Assembly: GCF_036588685.1 (NCBI RefSeq) | Contig: NC_086379.1 | Coordinates: 36,270,001-36,334,000 of the forward strand | Origin: Mytilus trossulus | Taxonomy: Eukaryota | Direction: 5' to 3' | Length of the DNA stretch: 64,000 bases | Shown: one piece after another, positions 26,401-38,168 of the stretch | Layout of the letters: every line of letters begins with the position of its first letter | How positions within the stretch are numbered: the stretch's first letter is position 1 | Made by a program: the position numbers and the translations under genes | Notes under the pieces: generated by a model | Databases searched by the model: none | What the model saw: only the letters and a program-made list of their open reading frames with translations | What the model was told of the DNA's origin: nothing

Positions 26401-29400
26401 AGTTTTCCTGTCAAATTGAAAATTCTGCTTCTTTTATGTCATATACACAAGTTAACATTTCATGGCCAATTTCATTAATGTTTGTAATGGCTATTCCAGA
26501 AAAAAATGTAGGGGGACGGGTTTGGAAGGCACATTGTGTTTTGATAATACATGGGTGATGGGTATCAGAGCACTATCATTCTCAATTAAAATTGTCTGGG
26601 TTGTGGGTGCTGACAAAAACTGCCTTCCAACCCCCCCCCCCCCCTTCCATACATTTTTTTCTGGAATATCCCTTATCATAAACCATGAAACTTGTAGGAG
26701 GAAAAGTACCTCAAATAGATCAAAATCAAACTGAAGATATTTTGAAAATTCAGTTGTTTTCTAGAACTGTGGATTAATCATTATTCATGGATTTCGTTGG
26801 TATAGAATTTCTGTATCCAAGAAAAAAAACACTTTTTCCTTAATCAAAATTGCCATCCCCAGAAATTACTGAACTCCATTATTCATTGTATTGTCTTATC
26901 GACCCATTATCCTTTTTAGCTCACCTGGCCCGAAGGGCCAAGTGAGCTTTTCCCATCACTTTGCGTCCGTCGTCGTCCGTCGTCGTTAACTTTTACAAAA
27001 ATCTTCTCCTGTGAAACTACTGGACCAAATTTAACCAAACTTGGCCACAATCATCATTTGGGTATCTAGTTTAAAAATTGTGTCCGGTGACCGGCCCAAT
27101 CAACCAAGATGGCCGCCATGGCTAAAAATAGAACATAGGGGTAAAATGCAGTTTTTGGCTTATAACTCAAAAACTAAAGCATTTAGAGCAAATCTGACGG
27201 TATTAAATTGTTCATCAGGTAAAGATCTATCTGCCCTGAAATTTTCAGATGAATTGGACAACCCATTGTTGGGTTGCTGCCCCTGAATTAGTAATTTTGA
27301 GGAAATTTTGCTGTTTTTGGTTATTATCTTGAATATTATTATAGATAGAGATAAACTATAAACAGCAATAATGTTCAGCAAAGTAAGATTTACAAATAAG
27401 TCAACATGACCGAAATGGTCAGTTGACCCATTTAGGAGTTATTGCCCTTTATAGTCAATTTTTTACCATTTCGTAAATCTTAGTTATGTTTTACAAAAAT
27501 CTTCTCCTCTGAAACTGCTGGGCCAAATTTAACCAAACTTGGCCAAAATCATCATTGGGGTATCTTGTTTGAAAATTGTGTCCGGTGACCCGCCCAACCA
27601 ACCAAGATGGCCGCCATGGCTAAAAATAGAACATAGGGGAAAAATGCAGTTTTTGGCTTATAACTCAAAAACCAAAGCATTTAGAGCAAATCTGACTCGG
27701 TATTAAATGGTTCATCAGGTAAAGATCTATCTGCCCTGAAATTTTCAGATGAATTGGACAACCCATTGTTGGGTTGCTGCCCCTGAATTAGTAATTTTGA
27801 GGAAATTTTGCTGTTTTTGGTTATTATCTTGAATATTATTATAGATAGAGATAAACTGTAAACAGCAATAATGTTCAGCAAAGTAAGATTTACAAATAAG
27901 TCAACATGACCGAAATGGTCAGTTGACCAGTTTAGGAGTTATTGCCCTTTATAGTCAATTTTTAACCATTTTTCGTAAATCTAAGTAATGTTTTACAAAA
28001 ATCTTCTCCTCTGAAATACTGGGCCAAGTTAATTATAGGTAGAGATAATTGTAAGCAGCCAGAATGTTCAGTAAATTAAGATGTACAAACACATCACCAT
28101 CACCAAAACACAATTTTGTCATGAATCAATCTGCGTCCTTTGTTTAATATTCACATAGACCAAGGTGAGCGACACAGGCTCTTTAGAGCCTCTAGTTCCC
28201 CAAGTTATACATTTTTATATTTTTGATGTTTACAGGAAGATGGTGTGTAATCAGGCAATAAGATCCATTGTTGATAAAATAGAAAGGAAGGAAAAAGATG
28301 CTATGCGTAAAGTGAAGAAACAAGAATTGGAGGATGAAAAACAGAAAAAGATGTTAGCCGCTAAATTACAGCAAGCTTTGTTTAAACATAAGGAGATTGT
28401 GAAGAAAGACATCCTTAAAAAGAGAGCTCTAATGGAGAAAAATCTGCAGGTAGATATTCAGGTAAGCATTTCTTTTCAGGCCTCATCTTCATTTTATGCC
28501 TTTCCTGTAATAGTAAGAGAATTAATTTTTTTTCAGTTGATGTGTCTGTCTGTTTTAGGTCTGTCATTTTGTATTAGGTTGAAGAATGGGTATGAGGTAC
28601 ATATGTATGGTCATATCAACTTGAAACTTAGTACTCATGTTAATTATAATGTGGAGTGTTCAAAATATATGCAAAGTAAGAGTGATGATCCAGATTTTGT
28701 ACCTTCACTGAACATGAATTGCTATTCTGTGAGATAGAGGTGGAGTTCTATGGACCCATATTTTTGTTTTAGATAGCTAGACTAGAAACCAATGATGATA
28801 TATTGATTATATTTCACAGAATAATTATACAGCACTAATCAGTTACACCTCGCCTGCATCAATCCTCTAGGATAATGAAAACATCTATGCAACATTCAAT
28901 TATACTTTAGATAATAATTCTACTATGGCAATAATGAGTTTGACCATTTACAATGTATATGTAAAACTGTAAATTCAGAAATTATAGCATGCATTTAACA
29001 TAGCGATTTTGTCAATTTAGGCTTAAATGCGATTTTAATTTTTACGATTTTGAGAAAATTTCAGTTAAATTCAAATAAAATATTTCAAAATGCGAGTTTA
29101 ATTTTTTGCGTTTACAACTCTGTCGCAATTTTCGCAATAATAAAACCCTCGCATTAATTTCTGAATTTACAGTAACGAAATGTGGTATGATTTTCCAATG
29201 AAACAACTAGCCACTAGAGATCAAATGATGTAGGTATTTACAATTATAGGTCACTGTTCAGTCTTCATTAATAAACAAAACCCATACCCCAAAGCTCAAG
29301 GTCTCTTAGATCAATTATGCATTGAGGTTGATTTAGTAGCTTTTCCAATACTTTTTATAATATTCATTTTGAGGTAATATACAGGATTTACATACTATTA

Positions 29401-32400
29401 AAACAGTATTCTTAATATTATAGCTTGAAGTTGCTGCCGAATTGAAGAAGAGGCCAGTACAACAGCAGATTCCAATTAAACAACTGAAAGTGTCCCATGG
29501 TATACCTCAGCAGCAGACAATCCAGTCTCCTCCTACCCAAGATGTACCCCCATTACAGCCTCCTCCATCTAAACGTAAGAAACAGAAGATTATATCTACA
29601 GGAGGAGGTAGAGCATTGAATCCCAAAGAGAAGTTATACTGTGTGTGTAGAACACCATATGATGACACTAAGTAAGTCTCAGTAATTAAATTAATGTAAA
29701 TTCACAATTATTTTAGATATTTTTATTTTTGTGAAAATTGGGATGAGATTGGTTATTCAAAAATAAAAATTTTGACAGCATTACTGTTTGTAGCATCTCC
29801 TGAAAAGGTAAAAGTTGAATTTCAATTCATTTATATTGATTGTAAAACATTGACAAAAATGAATGCATGCAATAATTTCTGAATTTACAGTACCTCTTTA
29901 TATTTGTATAAAAATATATATCCTTGACCTGAACCCCAAGTTTATAGTCTGTTTTGAGAACAGCTAATTTTCAGCGTTTACATATGACATAATCATTGAA
30001 CTTACTATGGAAACTTCAATATTATAATTATTTCAGTTAGGCTACAAATTCTGAAGATCTTATAATTTCATTGTGAATTTGTTGCAGGTTTTATATTGGA
30101 TGTGATCTGTGTTCAAACTGGTTCCATGGTGGTTGTGTAGGTATATCTGAAGGAAAGGCCAAGTCAGTGGACTCGTATACCTGTCCTGATTGTAAACGTC
30201 AACAAGAAACTACAACAGAAGAACTGTATTGCTTATGTAAAACACCATATGACGAATCACAGTAAGTTTTTATTACAAAATTTTCATCAATGAAAAATTC
30301 AGATGTTTCAGAAACTATCAATACTGGATTTATTAAAGATTGCATTGGAAATAATCTTCTTGATTGGCTAACATAGTAATTACTAAATGGTATAAATTTT
30401 TAGTGCTAAATATTGAAACGGAAGATAAATCCAATTAAAAATATGTCCTAAATTTGTTCATATGCTGAAATTATTCTAAATGGAAGCAATCAATATCCCT
30501 CAGTGCTCAAAAGTGCTACGAATTATAATATAAGTAAATTGATTTCAAAATTATATTGAAACTGGAAAGAAAGGATATGGTCTATAATTCAAGATACTAA
30601 ATCCCAACATTTTATTGTTACAATATCGTTCATAAGACATACAATGTATTAAGGTGGTACCTAACACCTAAACTAAAATTATTTTGGCTCGTTTAATTTT
30701 TTAAAATTTTTACAAAGTATTTACTTTGAACTTTTGACAAAAATATAAAAATTTCAAAAAAATTGAACCAACCATTTAATCAGAAAAATTACACTGGTTA
30801 TATAGCAGTTTGACAAAAACTTATTTTGATCATTGAGAAGCTTAATATTCCCTAAACAGCACGACATCATTAAAAGGTTCTGCTGATTTTACAGAGTTAT
30901 CTCCCTGTAGTGTTAGGTACCACCTTAAAAGAACACAAATTACACACAAATGTAATTGTTTTACAGATTCTACATTGGATGTGATAGATGTCAAGACTGG
31001 TTCCATGGTAAATGTGTTGGAATATCAGAGAAAGAAGCTGGCAGTCTGGATGTTTACCTATGTCCTAAATGTAAACAACAGGACAAAGAAGATCCAATAT
31101 CCAGTAAAGTACTCACAGATACTGATTATGAGCAGCTCAAGAGATTAGTCAAAAGTTTACAGGTATGACAGGCATTTTTTTATTATGAGCAGCTCAAGAG
31201 ATTAGTCAAAAGTTTACAGGTATGACAGGCATTTTATTATGAGCAGCTCAAGAGATTAGTCAAAAGTTTACAGGTATGCCAGGCATTTTATTATGAACAG
31301 CTCAAGAGATAAGTCAAAAGTTTACAGGTATGCCAGGCATTTTATTACAGAAAAAGAGAGGATAGCCATTTAATGACAAGTATACAAAAGGGAGATAATT
31401 TTATAGATTGAGAGAAATCACAAAAGAGGTTTTCAATTTGTTTGAAAGAGGCAGATTATGAAGTCTTTTAGATATTTTGTAATGCACCTTAGAAGCAAGG
31501 AATAATATCGCAATGGCTATATATACTGCATATCTGTTTCCTGTTAAAAGTGCATATGCATAATTGAAAACATTGTTATTTATAAGGTTAATTTATATAA
31601 TTCTGTAAAATTTATTTTTCAGTCACACAAGATGGCCTGGCCTTTCTTAGAACCTGTTGATCCCAATGAAGTACCTGATTACTATACAGTGATTAAAGAT
31701 CCTATGGGTAAGTTGTCTTATTATACTTGACAAAGCAGAGGGGTAAGCTTTGGTCGGACTACACAAAAGTATGCAACCACAATTTAAAACATAAAAAAAT
31801 ACCCACATGTAAAGTTGATCATATCTAAACTCAAGATTTCAGGAAAATAAAGCTGTCTTATCTTGATGTTTTCATTACATATAAGTTACCCTGACATAAA
31901 TGAACACAAAACTTGAATGTTCCCATGTTACATTAATAAATGAACTAGGAATTTACAATCATGTCATTAAAGAGACCAACTATTGCAGACAATCCAAAAA
32001 TTATAGAGTCACCAAATAATTGACAAGGGAACATTTTTTGACAATTTTATTATCCAAAGCGGCGACCATAATCTTCCTACTGTTACCGACACGCAAGGAA
32101 GTAGTAACCTCCAACAATGGCCAGGTTGGTAGAGAAGCCTTGCGAAGTGGTAGGAACCATGGGAAGTTTGTCCACTTAGATACCAATCCTAAAGAACAAT
32201 TTCATGTATCATATAATAGTAAAACGAACTCAAGTTACATTGTAAATAAACTATAATTTTCTATATTTTTCTTATCTATTTATAACTCTGTATTGCTTCT
32301 TTCACTTTTCATTGTTTCTCACACCATGACGACGTCAAATTCAATGCACCACTTTGAGTACTTCAGGGATTAATTTCTGTATAAAAATTGTCAAGATGAA

Positions 32401-32773
32401 GCCTGCCTTGCAGGCGAAACATGTAGACCATAGCAAATAAAATTGCAGACCATTTGAAGTGTTGTAGTCAATTTGAATTATTATTTTTGTATTATGTTAC
32501 ACTTTATAGGAATATGTGTAATACACTACACATGTATTAATTTTATATGATGTTTATATTTTATTTTATTCAGATTTAACAACAGTTGAAAGAAGAATAC
32601 AGAACAGGCATTATGTGAAGTTGATAGAATTCATTAAGGACATTACCAAGATATTTGACAATTGTCGTTTATACAATACACCTGATACGCCATTTTATCA
32701 ATGTGCTGAGGTGTTAGACACTTTCTTTGGACAAAGAATTAAAGCCTTAAAGGGGCGGTTAGGTAGTAAATAG
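5465..32773 (+). CDS. BPTF: BPTF / NURF301 nucleosome-remodelling factor subunit (23 coding exons, about 2707 aa)
   Basis: Exons 5465-6465, 7854-7974, 8611-8732, 9287-9492, 10461-10621, 11495-12155, 12686-12895, 13527-13910, 14405-14547, 15090-17217, 17817-17955, 18814-19148, 19760-19963, 21278-21397, 21752-22395, 22915-23092, 26082-26319, 28236-28461, 29424-29671, 30088-30261, 30967-31162, 31623-31707, 32574-32773. All introns are GT-AG and phases are consistent (8124 nt). Domains in order: AT-hook RGRP, DDT ([22 protein letters not shown]), PHD ([19 protein letters not shown]), WSD-like ([13 protein letters not shown]), Q/T-rich region, two C-terminal PHDs ([16 protein letters not shown]), bromodomain ([23 protein letters not shown]). 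Confidence 0.97.
9997..10310 (-). mobile_element. 3'-end fragment of the same Penelope-like family (family A)
   Basis: Near-identical to 431-735. Further copies at about 37110-37420 and 40620-40770 (opposite orientation). Confidence 0.8.
12952..13198. mobile_element. PIF/Harbinger-type MITE
   Basis: TIR GGCCTAAAATAAAATATTGTTTGTTTCCCCAA; TTA TSD. Confidence 0.8.
18000..18236. mobile_element. Fold-back MITE
   Basis: TAGCATG..TTTGATC.ACTTGCTTGCTATGTTT..AAACAATAGG pairs with its inverse at 18166-18236. Confidence 0.6.
19199..19474. mobile_element. TTAA-site MITE (Kolobok-type GG..CC ends)
   Basis: TTAA|GGTGGTACC ... GGTACCACC|TTAA; same family as 30653-30924. Confidence 0.8.
23115..24118. mobile_element. 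PIF/Harbinger-type non-autonomous element
   Basis: TIR GGCCA..TTTTTTAATTTGTTGGTTTACGGAT; TAA TSD. Confidence 0.8.
24395..25888. mobile_element. PIF/Harbinger-type non-autonomous element, possibly with a nested CAGGG-ended fragment from about 24522
   Basis: TIR GGCCGTTTTTATT.AATAAGTTGGTTTACGGA; TTA TSD. Confidence 0.8.
26914..28197 (+). mobile_element. Helentron-associated non-autonomous element (HINE/DINE-like) with about 500-bp internal tandem repeats
   Basis: T-run plus subTIR AGCTCACCT, (CGT/CCGT) microsatellite, repeat starts at 26991, 27489 and 27991, subTIR AGGTGAGC and 3' hairpin AGGCTC-ttta-GAGCCT. Confidence 0.8.
30653..30924. mobile_element. TTAA-site MITE (Kolobok-type), second copy
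   Basis: TTAA|GGTGGTACCTAACAC ... GTGTTAGGTACCACC|TTAA. Confidence 0.8.
31125..31347 (+). repeat. Four tandem copies of the BPTF exon-21 end plus its splice donor
   Basis: TTATGAGCAGCTCAAGAGATTAGTCAAAAGTTTACAG|GTATG, with donors at 31163, 31220, 31274 and 31328. Confidence 0.9.
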
Positions 32774-34573
32774 TGTGTTCTCTTCATATATGTTAATAGG
32801 CCGTATCATTATTAAGCAATCAAGTGCTGTCGTATTGAGATTATATGGCAGTTATTACTAGAATGAGCTACTCTTGTTATACATATCAGATTTCTGGACA
32901 GCAAACTTTCAAGTGATTTTTCTCTTCTTTTTGTTTTTTTGGGGGCTCTTTTTTCAACAAAAACATTTACATTTGCATAAACACTGAGATATGTTACCTT
33001 TGATTGATTTATTCTGGTTCATGTTAAAACCACAAAGTTAAGAAACATATAAGTATATACAGAAAAGTACAAATATATTTCTGAAACTATGACTTGAAAT
33101 GTTTTCAGTGAAAATTGTTGCTTTTATATTTATTCAAGCTGTGAATCACAATTTGACATGGTATTGGGGTGTAAACAAAATACGACAGAATTTTCATACT
33201 TTTGTAAAATGTAGTGGTTATTGTACTACTTTCAAAAATGCAATAAAATTTATAGGTCATAGACCTAGTTTTCAAATTACAGGTTGTGAAAAACTGACAC
33301 TTTTGTACAGATTATATAGAGAAGAAGTAATTTTAAGAGAATAGAGAGAAAACTCAAAAAATTCTTTTGAGAGTCAATAAAAAATATTGAGATTCTTCAT
33401 AAAAATAATTTGTAGACATAGAGGATACTGGTACCTGTTTACCTAGAGGCTAATGTAATGTTCTTGTTGACTGTGTAACATAAAAAAATGTTTGTAAATT
33501 CTCTAAAAATGACAGGTGCTTTATTTCTCTAAACTAAAGAGTAATCAATTATTATTTCGTTGCTTACTTTAAATTCAGTATACACTAATTTAGGTTTTGA
33601 CGTCGGCTTCATTTTAGGTTTGCTTGTTTTCATATAAACTTTACAAATATAAGTATTGGATATATTATACTTCTGAAAAGACTTACTTTCATTGGAAATG
33701 CTTTGAGTTGAAATAAGTTATATTTTAGTAAAATATATTTGTGAGCAAAGTGGAGAAAAATCCCACAGTAAGGAAGGGAAATATGTAAATGAAAATGGTC
33801 AAAGCAGCAGCAGGGTTTAAAGGGCAGCTACAGTAGGGAACTATTGAGTGCATTGTATTAGATTGTGTAGTTGAGATTTCTTTGATGTTTGACAGCCTTC
33901 TTTTTGACCTGATATGGGATGGCTGAGTCCATATTTAAAACATGAAATTACTGGCTAAGACATGGGCTGGTAAAATTCTAACTAAACAATTCAGACCTTG
34001 TTAAGCTGTTGAACCAAATCAATGATAATAGTTTTATCTGCTTTACAATAGATCTATTCAGTTTTTGAAAAAGAAACTTCCCAACCTAAGTGAAGGTCTG
34101 AAATTTCAGATTTTTAAATGGCCTGCTCTTAGATTTCCAACTGCGCTAGTAAGTTCAAAATAGGCTGTCGAACACCAGAACAATCACAGACTAGAGACTT
34201 GTGTTAGTATCATGTTGTAACTATAGCCATTAATTTGTACAAATAACATTAACTTTTCATTGCATGAATCAAATGTATCATGAGGGGCCATCTTTTGTTT
34301 CTTCCATGTTGTAAGTCTATCTACTTATCATACAACTATGACTATTATTTTAGTATATCTTTGTTCATTGTACATATAACATACATAATGGTGATGCATA
34401 AACAATATACATGTACATGTTGTAAAGTTTTTGTTGATGTATAAATAGCTGTTGGTGGGCTCTATAACATTTAAAACCTTTAAAATTTGTTTGTGGAATA
34501 TGACATAGATATTTATATTGTAGTTAGATTGTAGTTTTTATTAAATTGACCTTATGTCCATCCTGTGTCGCTA

Positions 34574-34688
34574 TAGCTGCGGAACCGTAGCTCTTATGTC
34601 TTTATGCCATTTTTTGACTAATTGCATATATGGTCTACAAATAGTCAAAAAATAGCATAAGGACCTAAGAGCTACGGTTCCGCAGCTA
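34574..34688. mobile_element. 115-bp hairpin MITE with near-perfect 9-bp TSD in the probable BPTF 3' UTR
   Basis: GTGTCGCTA|TAGCTGCGGAACCGTAGCTCTTA ... TAAGAGCTACGGTTCCGCAGCTA|GTGTTGCTA. Confidence 0.8.
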
Positions 34689-35744
34689 GTGTTGCTACTG
34701 ATGTTTCATAAAAATGCTAGCTAATGATTAAAAAGGCATTTGAAATAAAACTTAAAGATTGAAAACATCACAGGCAAAATGTAAATTTTTGAAATCTTCT
34801 TTAAAAAATTTCGAATATGAAATAATTTTTTCATCTGTAAATTACATGAATTGCTTTTGGTTAATTCCAGTCATGAAGTTTAGTGCTTAATTGTTGTTTC
34901 ATTATTTTCTTCAGTTCCTATCATTTTGATCACATCAATTTTTTTTATGAACTGCAATCTTTTTATTCATTTTTTATTCCATACATGATTTCATCATTGA
35001 TTCAAATTAATAAATAAATACATTATTTGTAAATTGTCATTGAATCATATTTTAATATAATAATTTATTGTCATCATATCTTAGCATTTGATACATAGTA
35101 TTTATTATATGTAAACAAAATTAATTTTAAATGTCTTAGAAGATCTGAGGTTTAGAAATTTCTGTATAAATGTGTTTATTCATTGAATAAACTTAGAAGA
35201 CATGGAACATTTAGTTTTCATTTGTCCACAAAAATATAGTTAACTTTGTTCTCATGATAGTGTATAGGGAATATAACCATGTACAATGTTTGTGGAATCT
35301 TGCATGATTCTTTGTTCACTCATTCTGGTTTCATTTAGTTTTCATATGAAATACCTTTAATTTGTCAATATAACATTTGTGTAAATTTTTCAGATATTTA
35401 ACTGAAAGAAATAATAGAAGTAAAAATGCCATAATAAACCCTGGTTTGTTTGAATCACGGTCAACACTAATTGGTATTTTAGCCAATTTTGTTGTGTCAA
35501 GAAATAATCTTGTGTCATTTTGTGTCTACTATGCAGATTCTTTTTTGTCCATAAAATATCAACATATCTGGTTTGTTAAATTTCATGAATTGAGAATCCT
35601 GTGAATAGTGGTCTGCCTCGATAATCTTGTGGTAGCTTGCTTGCCAATAGTGGGGGTCATTGGTTTGATGCCCCCAACGTGTCAAAACTTGAAAATTGAT
35701 ATTTGCTGCTTCTTTACTGTTACATATTTGTTTTCTTCGTTCAT

Positions 35745-35945
35745 TTTTTTACATAAGGCTGTTAGTTTTCTCGTTTGAATTGTTTTACATTGTCTCATCT
35801 GGGCATTTTATAGCTGATTATGTGGTATGGGCTTTGCTCATTGTTGAAGGCCGTACGGTGACCTATAGTTGTTAATGTTTGTGTCATTTTGGTCTTTTGT
35901 GGATAGTTGTCACATTGGCAATCATACCACATCTTCTTTTTTATA
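35745..35945 (+). mobile_element. Family B dispersed repeat nested in a SINE
   Basis: TTGAAGGCCGTACGGTGACCTATAG..GTTGTCACATTGGCAATCATACCACATCTTC. Other copies at about 2955-3035, 3300-3485, 12275, 14615, 18400-18590, 29177, 37915-38065, 42860-43050, 49735-49920 and 62160-62440. Confidence 0.75.
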
Positions 35946-37499
35946 TTAGCATGTGGCATATATGTGCAAGAGCAAAGACTGGTCTGGTTTGAGTTGGGGT
36001 AAGGCATGTCAGTCTTATATAAAATATGATGTTATAAATTTATAATAGCTTCTTTAAGGCACCAATCTTTGATCTGCCAAATGAGAATATACCATATTTT
36101 TTACCTGAGCCAGCATATACAAATTTAAGGTTGCATAATCTAGACTGTCTGGAGAGAACCTTGAACTAAAATTGACCAGGATTGTGAATTTCCCTACTAA
36201 GTTGAACTTAGCAGGGACATTCACAATCCTGGTCAATTAAGACTGGAATAGAAACGCATCTGCCAAGAGTCTAAATTGATTACATCAAAATTGAAATCTA
36301 GATACAGAACTTATTCAAGCTGTCGCTATAAATAATAAGTCATATGGGGAATGCAACTTTGATACAGGGCTTCCAAAAATTATTTGAGCCAGCTGAACAG
36401 TCTGATTTAGCAACCCACCAGTACAAACTATCCTAAAAAGTAATGTGCTATAGAAAATATAATGTCTATACAATTATGCCTGAACCTTTAACAGCTGTTA
36501 AAGATGGGATTTTGCTCATTGTTTAAGGCTGTACAGTGACCTGAATTTGTTTTCATTCTTATCCTTTGGTCTCTGATGGATAGCTGTCTCATGGGCAATC
36601 CTACCACATTTTCTTCCCTGGCTATCCATTGCCTTTTACTGGAGTATTGGGGAATGTAGTTTATTATTTGCTGCAAAGCATGTGACTCATCTCAAGGTGT
36701 TTACAGTTAAGTAATTGGATCTCATGTTTAACTTCAATCGCTTTTCAATACCAAACAAAAAGCATGCATGTGCAATTAATTTGTTGCAGAGATAACTAAA
36801 ATATCAAATTGAAGAATCATGACCCAACAAGTTACTACCAGAGGGGCAAAGATACCAGAGTGACATTCAAACTCTTAGATAAAAAATAAACTGACAAAGT
36901 AGGCAGCTTTACTAGAAAACTGTGTAGGGATCCACATAGTTGAGATTTTTATCTGAAAGTTCCTATTTCTCGAAAACTATGAAAAAAGATGGCAGATTTA
37001 CTTCTGATGGTATCATTCGGACCAACATTCATTACTAAATATCAAATTTTTGGATCCCACCACAAATAGGTTTCCAATTATATGAATCATCTCCCTTGTC
37101 TCAGGATAATAAAATTGATAATTGAAATGAGGAATGTGTCAAAGAGACAACAGCAGAAGGTCACCAATAGGTCTTCAATGCAGCGAGAAATTCCCACGAA
37201 CAGAGGCGTCCTTCAGCTGGGCCCTAAATAAATATATATACTTAGTTCAGTGATGATGAACGCCATAATAAACTCCAAATTATACACAAGAAACTAAAAT
37301 TAATAATAAAACAAGACTAACAAAGGCCAGAAGCTCCTGCCTTGGGACAGGCGCACAAATGTGGCGGTGTTATACATGTGATCTCAACCCTCCCCTATAC
37401 CTCTAGCCAATGTAGAAAATAGCATATTTGTCTCAACTCTGACATGGAATCAATCATTGTATGTGTCAATGGAAAGTCAGCCAAAACTAGTTTGTAATT

Positions 37500-37620
37500 T
37501 TACTTTGATAAGCTCACAGCATTCAGGAGTAAGAGCAAAGACTGGCTAGCTTGGAGTAAGGTTAATGAGTTAATTATAGGTGACATGTCATCCTGCAGTC
37601 TGACCTTATGAACTAGCAAG
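37500..37620 (+). mobile_element. SINE central domain (Meta-SINE-like) fragment
   Basis: AGCATTCAGGAGTAAGAGCAAAGACTGG..GACATGTC. A related split copy lies at about 35610-35715 plus 35949-36000. Confidence 0.55.
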
Positions 37621-37663
37621 TTTGAAAATATGACGCATAGTAATGGATATATTTGTAAATGGA

Positions 37664-37863
37664 TACTGTGGATTCATTAATATTCGTTGGATACTAAAAT
37701 TGGGTACAAGTGAACCACTAATTTAAATATTCAACAAATTACAAATTTTCAAAAGGCCAAAATGCAGACTTTGCCGAAACCACGAAATTAAATACCCATG
37801 AACATGCAAGCTTTCCTCATTCCACGAAAATTGATACCCACGAAAATAAATGAATCCACAGTA
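37664..37863. mobile_element. TA-flanked MITE (Tc1/mariner-type)
   Basis: TACTGTGGATTCATT ... AATGAATCCACAGTA. A similar element at 28966-29173 has ACTGTAAATTCAGAAATTA ends. Confidence 0.6.
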
Positions 37864-38168
37864 TTAAGCATACAAGGCAAAACATTTCATGTTTCAATCA
37901 GAACTGGCTATATATTTACATTGTCTTATCGGGGCCTTTTATAGCTGACTATGCAGTATGGGCATTGCTCATTGCTGAAGGCTGTACGGTGACCTATAGT
38001 TAATGTCTGTGTCATTTTAGTCTTTTGTGGATAGTTGTCTCATTGGCAATCATACCACATCTTTTTTTTTTATGGATTTGCTAATTTTTCAAACCCCTTA
38101 CTCTTGGTGCTCTGGGTTGTTTGGAGGCACATACCCCTTGATGACAAAAAAAACCAAAACAATTATAA

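Noticed and set aside
27041-27881. Duplicated 66-81-aa ORFs
   Set aside because: By-products of the internal tandem repeat of a Helentron-like element; no domain.
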